The notes under the pieces were generated by a model. It was not told the DNA's origin and ran no database searches. It saw only the letters and a program-made list of their open reading frames with translations. A program made the position numbers and the translations under genes. 64,000 bases of DNA from an uncultured Nitrospiraceae bacterium (lineage in GTDB: Bacteria; Nitrospirota; Nitrospiria; Nitrospirales; Nitrospiraceae), in contig CAVPLT010000001.1 in the NCBI GenBank assembly GCA_963706325.1, forward strand, positions 896,001 through 960,000. Direction: 5' to 3'. Below, piece by piece: positions 40,550-48,533 of the stretch (position 1 is the first letter of the stretch; every line of letters begins with the position of its first letter).

Positions 40550-40726
40550 CTAGGCGACCGAGTCCTTGCCCGCGGGCATGTGGCGTAGAGAAACGGGATC
40601 GCCGGGGCTATTTGCTGCATTTGAATCGACCACGGGCAAATTTAGGGGGGACGCATCGATCCAGATACGGCCGGCCGCTATGAGAAGGAAGAGGATCCCG
40701 AGAAGCAGGAAGAGGAGCGCGAACAT
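40550..40726 (-). CDS. 58-aa single-pass membrane protein
   Basis: MFALLFLLLGILFLLIAAGRIW...; CAGGAGG RBS. Confidence 0.6.
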   Translation of the reverse strand: MFALLFLLLGILFLLIAAGRIWIDASPLNLPVVDSNAANSPGDPVSLRHMPAGKDSVA

Positions 40727-40806
40727 GGTGACCTCCTGTATCCGCTGTGCTCCCATCGGCGTGCCCTCCTAGGGAATTTCTATTTTTGGTTTCATATGAG
40801 GCAATG

Positions 40807-40822
40807 CGCAAAGGTTGTGCCC
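40807..40822 (-). promoter_or_regulatory. sigma54 (-24/-12) promoter
   Basis: Minus strand GGGCAC-AACCT-TTGCG. Confidence 0.72.
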
Positions 40823-40943
40823 TACGAATCTAGGTGGCTCATGCATTCTACGGTGGTAAAGATCTGTAGAGATTTTAAGGACATCTGGGTTTCGCCCCCA
40901 CTCCATTCAGACAGATACGAATGCACGTAGTGTTTTCGTTGGT

Positions 40944-40980
40944 GTATCTGATTCGATTCATGGCGTATCCGATCTGATAC
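40944..40980. promoter_or_regulatory. tandem GTATC-N6-GATAC palindromes, 21-bp period
   Basis: GTATC-TGATTC-GATTC (40944-40959) and GTATC-CGATCT-GATAC (40965-40980). Confidence 0.7.
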
Positions 40981-41071
40981 TCATACACTTCCCCATAGGA
41001 CCGGGGACAACGAAGATGGCTAGGGTCTAAATGCAGAACCAGCAGTCAAAGGAAGTTCTGTGCGAATAAGG

Positions 41072-41104
41072 TGCTGCGTCTCCGTGATGGGCGGAGACGC
41101 AGCA
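41072..41104 (-). terminator. 13-bp perfect hairpin, possible terminator
   Basis: TGCTGCGTCTCCG-tgatggg-CGGAGACGCAGCA; only a weak U-tract follows. Confidence 0.5.
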
Positions 41105-41285
41105 GATGGCGTGGGCAGAAGGCGGTCAGATCAGCGCTGGATGGGCACAATCCAGGAGGCCGTGACATGCGGCCGGTTCAAAAATCTTAACCGGCGACAG
41201 GAAACCGGCTCTGCTCCACACCGAGGTATCATGGCTGGATCATTAGGCCAGTTGAACGCAGGGCCTGATGCACGACATACAGAGA

Positions 41286-41301
41286 AGCAACCGCTATGCC
41301 G
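41286..41301 (-). promoter_or_regulatory. sigma54 (-24/-12) promoter
   Basis: Minus strand CGGCAT-AGCGG-TTGCT. Confidence 0.65.
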
Positions 41302-41432
41302 CTCACGCGTCCCACGTTCGCTGATGAATTCCACATCTGGCTGCACCGCAAGACTGCTCCGGCCCGGACGCAAAATATAACCGGATAGAATTACGGTTGG
41401 GCGAAATATTGCGTTGCAAGCAGGAGAGCGAG

Positions 41433-41448
41433 GTATCCTTTTCGATAC
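41433..41448. promoter_or_regulatory. GTATC-N6-GATAC palindrome
   Basis: GTATC-CTTTTC-GATAC, 132 bp upstream of the sigma54 motif. Confidence 0.6.
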
Positions 41449-41595
41449 ACGCGCGGGACATCCACTATCAGGGCGCGCCACTGCAAAGAACACAGGAAAA
41501 TCGGAAGTCGTGCCGGCGAGCGAGGTGGTGACAAGAATTGTCGGTCGACGATCCGTGCACGATGTGACGGTGGTCCGAGTCGGCAGGAGCGTGAT

Positions 41596-42988
41596 TCAGT
41601 AATTGAACCGAAGGGATAGGGACGCCGACGTGGATTAATGTATCGTACCGGCCGTTCACCGTGGGATTCTGGTTGCCGACGACGTTGCGCACTTCGTAGA
41701 TCCCGGTTTGATAGGACAGGTCGATTGCAAACAGTTTCGGTTTCAGTGATCCGATGCCTAAGTCGCCGCATTTGACTAGTCCAAAGAAATGACCCGTTCT
41801 GCCTGGCAAGCCAAGCCCAATCCCGATGGAAGGAATATGTGTGTTGGCGGACGGCACGCCGGGGTTGAAAGTACGATCGGGAATTTGGGCTTGTTGATTC
41901 ATGTAGCCGCCTCGTAGCGCCACCTCCCAGTCCGGCATCGCGGCGACGTGAAGCCATCTGTACTCCGTTCCGATCATGACGGTGTACGAGTTCTGCCAGC
42001 TTTGCGGATTCGCAATCACCGCGCCGTTTGCAAGGTGGATATCGAGATTCCGGTTGGCCTTCCACCCGACATAGTCAATATCCAGTTCCAGTTTCCATTC
42101 TCGCTCACGCGTCCGAACAGGCCAGACGGCCATGCCGACAGAGAAGACTTGTGGGAGCACAAAGGTTGCGGAGGCCGGAGAAATCGATGCGCCATTGGCC
42201 AAGAAGTTTCCGGTGAGGTGAAGGGTCGCCTGACTGCGGTAGACCAAACCGATGTTCGCCAGGGGTTTTCCGTCCGTATTGCGAAATGGCGTATAGAGAA
42301 GGCTGACGTTGAATCCAGCTGTGGTGTCACTGCCGTTCAGTTCCACCAGCGAGCCGGCCGGTATCCCCAGGCCTCCAGGCCAGACGGATTTTTGTTCGAC
42401 ATGGCCCTCGCCGAATAGTCCTGAGAAGGTGTAAATGTCCGCTCCCAAACCGACCGAGAGCTGGTCGTTCAGCTTGTAGGCCAAGGTAGGTTTGATGTCG
42501 AGTAACGGCAAGGTGGTAAACGTCACCGCGGTGCGAAATGGTCCGTCGTTCGGGTAGCGGGTGAGCGAGCCGAATGGATTGTTGAAGCCGATGCCAGCCG
42601 TGAGGTTTCCGAGCGCGGAGAATCCGAGGTCTTTGAGATTGGCGACGAGATAGATATGGCCGGGAGGGGGCCAGGCCACAGAGCCATTGCGGTCGCCTGT
42701 CGCCTGCGCGCCGGTTGGGCTGGTGAACTGCGTGGTGCCGCCGATCAAGGAGGTGCCGAACAGGTTCTGGAATCCATGCAGTTGGGTCATGCCGGCCGGA
42801 TTGTAATGGAGCGCCGACGGATCATCGGCTTGCGCCACGAAGGCATTGCCCATTCCTGCGGCGGAGGCAGACTGTCCTTGGAGTCGAGGCGTTTGAGCTT
42901 GGACGGTCGTCGGCGACGTGTAGAGCGTAACGGTTGCGAGGAGCAAGAACACAAGCCGGGTGCGCCAATAGCTCTGCGCGAAGTGCAT
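41596..42988 (-). CDS. FadL/OmpP1-family outer-membrane hydrophobic-compound channel (indel near the 3' end)
   Basis: AAGMGNAFVAQADDPSALHYNPAGM N-terminal motif; removing one base near 41625 gives the barrel-type end HVG-SLSLRFNY-stop at 41596. Confidence 0.85.
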
Positions 42989-42992
42989 GAGG

Positions 42993-45719
42993 TTATTTCC
43001 CCGCTGAGAAATGGTTCGGGGAGGAGTTGTTCCTGCCCTGAATGAACCAACGATCGACAACCTGCCGCAATCGATCACCGTCGAAGGGTTTCAGTAGGTA
43101 GCTCTGGGCTCCTGCCTCCACTGCTGCCATGGCTCGGTCCAACGCCCCTACGGCCGTCATCATCACCACGGGCAGCGCGGGGTGGGTGGTCCGCAGTTGA
43201 CAGAGCACATCAATTCCGTTCACTTCGGGGAGTTCAATGTCGAGCAAGACGCCATCGATCGGTGTGTCCGCCAGAATTCGCAGCGCCGTCCGCCCATCGC
43301 TGGCAAGGGACACCTGGAAGCCGTCCGATTCCAACCGGTCACGCAAAAGGTCGCAGATGTCGTGGTCGTCATCCACCACCAAGAGTTTTCCGCTGGTGGT
43401 GGGCAAGCGGGCGGGAGCCGTGTTTTCGTGCGGGTGCAGGGGCAGGCTGAAAGAAAATTGCGTGCCCTCGTGCATCGTACTCTGAACCGAAATGCTGCCG
43501 CCGTGCAGATCGACCAAATCTTTGACGATGGCCAGCCCGAGTCCCAGACCCTTCGTCTGGCTCCGCTCCTGCTGTTGCACACGAAAAAACGGATCGAACA
43601 ATTTGGGGAGCGCATCGGCAGGAATGCCCTGGCCGGTATCACGAACCACGATTCGCGCCATGTCCTGATCAGGAACCGACAGGTCGACTGAAATAGTCGC
43701 CCCATCGGGGGTGTACTTGATGGCATTATCGATCAGGTTCGTCAAAATCTGGCTGAGCCGGTCGTGGTCTGCCCACACCCGCAGCAATGGATCATGACTG
43801 TGTAGGTCCACGTGCAGATGTTTGACAGTAGCGAGGGGACGTAATTGCTCGATCACTTCCGTAACCACCTCGGGCAGCACGACGTAGTCGAAAGAAAGCA
43901 CCATCTTTCCAGCTTCCACACGTGACAAGTCGAGCAGATCGGTGATCATCCGCGCCAGCCTGTTGCCGTTGGCTTTAATGCGAGTGAGATACTGTTCCTG
44001 CTTCATGTTCAAGGACCCGACGAGACCCTCGATCATATTGTCGGCGAACCCCACAATGCTGGTGAGCGGAGTTCGTAATTCGTGGGAGACATGAGCCAGG
44101 AACTGAGACTTGAGACGGTCCAGTTGTTTGAGGCGTGCATTCGCGGCTTCCAGTTCCGCGGTGCGTTCATGTACGCGGGCCTCCAAGCCGGCATTCAATG
44201 ATTCGATTTCACGGTAGGCTTGCGCATTGTCCAGCGCGATGGCAACTTGGCTGGCAAGAGTCATCAGCACGTCGAGATCGTCTTGCGTGAGCGCCTGATC
44301 GTGCGTGCGGTCCACGGATAGTGAGCCGATGACGGCATCTTGGGTTTTGAGAGGCACGGTGATGAATGACTTCACATGGGCCATCGAGACCAATTTCTGA
44401 TTGAACGGCTGCAGGTGATCCCAAATATCGTGAATATTGTTGGTCAGCACCGGCTCGCCCCGCAACAAGACCTTCCCTTCCACGCTGTCGGGATCGGACA
44501 CCGGGACCTCTTGGGTACGCACAAACTCCGCCACCTCTTGCGGCACCCCTCGGACTCGAAAGTCATGCGACACCTGTCGAGCGCGATCGAAGTGGGCGAT
44601 CATGGCGCGGTCGTAGTGCAGCTCTCGGACGATCGTATCCAGAACCTTGGTGAGCAGTTCTTCCCGATCGAACGTGGAACTGAACAGCAGTCCGGCGCGG
44701 TGGAGCGTTGTCAGATCATTCACTTTTCGGCGTAGAGTAACCGCCGTACTCTGTTGCTCCAGGTAGGCCTCGCGTAATTCTTCATGGCGTGCATCGACGG
44801 CCTGCTCCTGATCCTTGATCAAGCGTTGCAGTGGTTTGGCCGCCTGCCGCATATGGAAAGTGATCATCCACCAGAGCAGGGATGCCGGTATGGCTGCGAG
44901 TCCTGCGGCCTCCATCGTCGGCATATCCGGCTGACGGAGATGCAGATATGTGTATGTGCTCCCTGCCACGAGCATCCAGATAGCCAGCGGGACAGAGCTG
45001 CGGATCTGCGGTGTCCATGTAAATTCCCACTCGCAATAGGGATCACCCAGTGCCGTACAAGCGAGGTCCCTGACCGTAGCGGCGGGGGTCCCGTGCATTT
45101 GTGTCTGAACCCGTGCAATGCTGCTTTTGCAGGACACACAGATCACATCGACGCATCGTTTGCGATAGGGGCCGAATTGAGCGAGGGCTCGGTCCGTGAA
45201 GGTCATCCGCAGAACCGCCGAGCGCGTGGTGACCCGGCCGACCTCAAATTCCAGCACGCCGCGGACATATTTACTGCCGAAATAGGGCCACATTTTGTAG
45301 AGCTGTTGCGTGGAAAACGGTCGAGCCAGGATTTGGATGATAGGCGGGACTTTTTTTTCCGTTCCCACATTGATGTGAAATTGAGGATCGCCGGAGAGCT
45401 GTTCGCAAAACTCACGAAGGTAACAGACAAATTCATAGGCGTAGCTATTCCAGGGATTTCGAAGAAAATCTGGAGTGACGTGATAGTTTCTGTCGGGTAG
45501 CCGGTCATTCAGCAACCGGCAGAGGCGGTCCATGGCCTGTTGAGCGGCTTCGGGTCCGGCGGTGTGTGTGAGGTAATCGCACATGTAATCGACGTTCGAC
45601 TGGACGACCACACCGGTGATGTCGCAGATCTTTTCACCTCGATCATCGAGGCCGAATGGGCGAAACTCCATGAACGGCCGTTCAAGAATGCTGTGGTCTT
45701 TTGGCAGGAGGTCAATCAT
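42993..45719 (-). CDS. hybrid histidine kinase (V4R-like sensor-TM-GAF-HisKA-HATPase-REC)
   Basis: CVSC...VRDLACTALGDPYCEWEFTW V4R-like motif, TM helices, GAF, SHELRTP, NAIKYT, C-terminal REC. Confidence 0.88.
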   Translation of the reverse strand: MIDLLPKDHSILERPFMEFRPFGLDDRGEKICDITGVVVQSNVDYMCDYLTHTAGPEAAQQAMDRLCRLLNDRLPDRNYHVTPDFLRNPWNSYAYEFVCYLREFCEQLSGDPQFHINVGTEKKVPPIIQILARPFSTQQLYKMWPYFGSKYVRGVLEFEVGRVTTRSAVLRMTFTDRALAQFGPYRKRCVDVICVSCKSSIARVQTQMHGTPAATVRDLACTALGDPYCEWEFTWTPQIRSSVPLAIWMLVAGSTYTYLHLRQPDMPTMEAAGLAAIPASLLWWMITFHMRQAAKPLQRLIKDQEQAVDARHEELREAYLEQQSTAVTLRRKVNDLTTLHRAGLLFSSTFDREELLTKVLDTIVRELHYDRAMIAHFDRARQVSHDFRVRGVPQEVAEFVRTQEVPVSDPDSVEGKVLLRGEPVLTNNIHDIWDHLQPFNQKLVSMAHVKSFITVPLKTQDAVIGSLSVDRTHDQALTQDDLDVLMTLASQVAIALDNAQAYREIESLNAGLEARVHERTAELEAANARLKQLDRLKSQFLAHVSHELRTPLTSIVGFADNMIEGLVGSLNMKQEQYLTRIKANGNRLARMITDLLDLSRVEAGKMVLSFDYVVLPEVVTEVIEQLRPLATVKHLHVDLHSHDPLLRVWADHDRLSQILTNLIDNAIKYTPDGATISVDLSVPDQDMARIVVRDTGQGIPADALPKLFDPFFRVQQQERSQTKGLGLGLAIVKDLVDLHGGSISVQSTMHEGTQFSFSLPLHPHENTAPARLPTTSGKLLVVDDDHDICDLLRDRLESDGFQVSLASDGRTALRILADTPIDGVLLDIELPEVNGIDVLCQLRTTHPALPVVMMTAVGALDRAMAAVEAGAQSYLLKPFDGDRLRQVVDRWFIQGRNNSSPNHFSAGK

Positions 45720-45868
45720 AGGCGATCAGACCGATTTGAGGCGTCTCTTCAAAGGAATCCTGCGCTAGGCGTACGGCCGGTTGAACTAAGCGAGCAGGCT
45801 CTCCGCAGTTGTATTGCATTGTCGACTTCGCGGAGGTCGGGTAGTCTCTCATCACGGATGGTGACTCG

Positions 45869-47602
45869 TTAGTCAAGGTCTCGGCAAGGTAGCGCGTCTC
45901 GGATGACGGAACGTTCGAGGTCACAAGTCTTTAGATATTCGATAATGGCCCAGCGATCGGCGACCGGCAATTCACATCCTAAAGTGCCGCCGCCCTTCGC
46001 CGTAGGCCCACAATCCGATCCCTTGAACTCGTGTCCCGCCATGCTGTTGCCTGGAAGTTGTGTTTTGAATTCGAAACCTCCCAATGGATCGCGGAAGGTC
46101 GGAGACCCATTGCATTCTGCAACGATAAAACCGACCTTGACCGGGTCAAACTCCATGTTGGGACTGAGATAGAAACAGCCAGGCCGGTCCTTCGCCGGGG
46201 AGAGCAATGCGTACAGATTGGGAATCGAGCCGTTGTGAAGAAATGGAGCGGTGGCCCACACCGCCAAATGCGGACGGGCTATATATCGGGGATCATCCCG
46301 CCACTTGTTGGTGAGATGATGGTAGTCAGGATGGTTCCCCGCGCCGCTCTGTGTCATCAATTCCGTGGTCACCCATTCAGATGCCTCCCTTGCCGATATC
46401 CGGCCTCGTCCCAGACGAGTGAGATCGACCGTCCGGTTGGCGAAGTTCTCCAGGTAGAGGCTGTCGGTGCCGATTTCCTTCTGAGGGATCAGGTGGACAT
46501 TCAGGCTCGGTCCGTTCGGATGAGGATTCTGGATTCGATCGGCGACATGGCAATGAGCGCAGAGGTTTGCAATTCCGTTCTCTCGGTTGCCGTGGTAGAG
46601 CTCTTTTCCCCGTGCGGCCAACTCCCGGTTGATGGCAGGAAAGGCGCTCGGCCATCTGGGGGGGTGCAGTCGTCTGGCAATATCCTCCAGTGATTGTAAG
46701 GCGGCCATATCGACCGACGACCGAAATGCCTCGCTCTTGTCCGCAGGTGTTTGGGGGGAGGTCTTCGTCCAATCAAAGAGCGCGGCATTCACACCAATGA
46801 CCTGAGCAATATTTCTGGCGAGCGGGTGTTGGATCGAGCCGGCCCACTGAACCCAGTCATATTCCCACACGCCCCACAGCGCTGGAATGCTTGCCGGCGC
46901 GTTGGCCGGTCTGAGGTTGTCTGGATTGAGGGGCCCGAAGACGGCATTGCCGCCACGACCGAGCGCGTCGAACCGTCCCGGGCCCCACAGTGCCGGCGAC
47001 GCATCCTTTCCTCCCCGAGTGATGAGATCCTTCACGACTTCGGCGAGCTTATTGGCTAGCTCCCCGAGGTTTTTCTGCGTCACTTCTTGCCCGCGACGTT
47101 GGAGCACACGAGTGGCGAAGGGAATGAACTTCTCGGGTGATTTCAACTCACCCAGACTTTCCAGGAAGATCTGCAGGAAGCGTTGGTTGTATTGAAGGGA
47201 GGGCCCGCCTTCGATGCGAATCGGGTTGCCTTGATAGGTGAATTGAGTGGTGTGACAAAATGCACAGGTCAGACCGACCTGCGGCTCTGAAACGTTCGGT
47301 CCTTCGGTTTTTGAAAATCCAATCGGAAGTCTGTCCGGATGGGTCGGGTCGACGAGTATGCCGGTTCGAGTAAAACTATTCCTTAATGGTTCGTCCTCAA
47401 GGGCAATAAACCAGTCATAGGGAATCAGTTGTGTGCCTGCCGAGGTATGGTACCACCCCTGCCGGTCTTGCTCCGTCCAGCCCTGAATGGGGGAAGGCTG
47501 TCGAGCCTGCGAAACAGGCAGGTCGGCCGCCCGGCAATGGACGGTCGAGCAAGCGCAAAGCAGTACTGCCAATGCCAGGATGCGTTGGATGTCAAAGAGC
47601 AT
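45869..47602 (-). CDS. exported di-haem c-type cytochrome, RoxA-like
   Basis: Two CxxCH motifs (CAFCH, CAHCH), GPGRFDA, WATAPFLHNGSIPNL, GNSMAGHEF, WAIIEYLKT; possible lipobox LCAC; CAAGGAG RBS before ATG 47602. Confidence 0.82.
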   Translation of the reverse strand: MLFDIQRILALAVLLCACSTVHCRAADLPVSQARQPSPIQGWTEQDRQGWYHTSAGTQLIPYDWFIALEDEPLRNSFTRTGILVDPTHPDRLPIGFSKTEGPNVSEPQVGLTCAFCHTTQFTYQGNPIRIEGGPSLQYNQRFLQIFLESLGELKSPEKFIPFATRVLQRRGQEVTQKNLGELANKLAEVVKDLITRGGKDASPALWGPGRFDALGRGGNAVFGPLNPDNLRPANAPASIPALWGVWEYDWVQWAGSIQHPLARNIAQVIGVNAALFDWTKTSPQTPADKSEAFRSSVDMAALQSLEDIARRLHPPRWPSAFPAINRELAARGKELYHGNRENGIANLCAHCHVADRIQNPHPNGPSLNVHLIPQKEIGTDSLYLENFANRTVDLTRLGRGRISAREASEWVTTELMTQSGAGNHPDYHHLTNKWRDDPRYIARPHLAVWATAPFLHNGSIPNLYALLSPAKDRPGCFYLSPNMEFDPVKVGFIVAECNGSPTFRDPLGGFEFKTQLPGNSMAGHEFKGSDCGPTAKGGGTLGCELPVADRWAIIEYLKTCDLERSVIRDALPCRDLD

Positions 47603-47947
47603 GGCGCATCTCCTTGTGGTAGGGCGAGACAATCCCGGCAGACGATTCTGCCAACGACGGAGTGTGGACAAGACAGTCATACGTATGTCTCAGGCCGATC
47701 TGGATTGGTATGGAGAAAAGAAGCCGCACCTCACCATATCGTGAGAGAAGCAATCCATAGATGCCATACGCGCGGAGGCAGGGTACCTGGATCAGAATGC
47801 GAATGCCATTATTTTTTAAGGGCTCCCAGCCTCTTTCGAGAAGGCGAGCCGAGCAAAATGGATGCATTTCGCCGACAGGCAAGATAACGGAAAGAGGTGA
47901 TATTGAAAGAGAGAAAGCGAGTAACACGAAACGGCGTGAGATGCCGG

Positions 47948-48463
47948 TTATTGATGCAGATGCTTCATCGCGGCCGCGCAAAGGATAATGAAAAATCCCA
48001 TCCACAGAGCTGCTCGTTGATAGGGGATCGATTCGTAGTGTTCGCCTTCCTCTTCTGCGTCCTGATCCGCTTTGAAAATGACGGTGTACAGAAACAATGT
48101 GAGCAGGCTAAGGACTAGGATGAGCTTAATGCACAGAATCCAGAGATACTTGGGATGGTGTTGTATGGCCTGGCCGGTCTGCGACGTAAATATTTGATTG
48201 ACGTAGCGCAGGTTGATGCCGCCGGTGAACAGCAGGACAATCAATAGAATCCCGGCAACGCGCTTATAGTATTTGTAGAAGGCGTCAGTGATTGGGCGGA
48301 CATATTCTTTCGGTAGCCCGGACTCTCGCAGCCCAGGCTTTACAGCCATCACGAGGAAGGCGAGCCCCCCGATCCAGATGACGGCTGACAGGAGATGGAA
48401 CCAATGGTTCACGATTGGAACCAGCTGATTCAGGTCGAGGAAAATGCTTTGTAAGGAATCCAT
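47948..48463 (-). CDS. four-TM membrane protein, CopD-like
   Basis: HWFHLLSAVIWIGGLAF motif and four hydrophobic segments. Confidence 0.7.
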   Translation of the reverse strand: MDSLQSIFLDLNQLVPIVNHWFHLLSAVIWIGGLAFLVMAVKPGLRESGLPKEYVRPITDAFYKYYKRVAGILLIVLLFTGGINLRYVNQIFTSQTGQAIQHHPKYLWILCIKLILVLSLLTLFLYTVIFKADQDAEEEGEHYESIPYQRAALWMGFFIILCAAAMKHLHQ

Positions 48464-48533
48464 TGTGATTGGTCAGGGGCGAACAGCGAATGCAGCTAGA
48501 GGCTACCGTAGGCAGTGCGTCTCGCCTGGTTTC

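Noticed and set aside
47794..47808. Possible sigma54 promoter for the cytochrome gene (TGGCATTCGCATTCT)
   Set aside because: It lacks the -12 GC, and no GTATC-N6-GATAC site was seen upstream.
6205..47887. Numerous plus-strand ORFs of 60-400 aa within the island
   Set aside because: They are antisense shadows of well-supported minus-strand genes in GC-rich DNA and have no motifs or RBSs.
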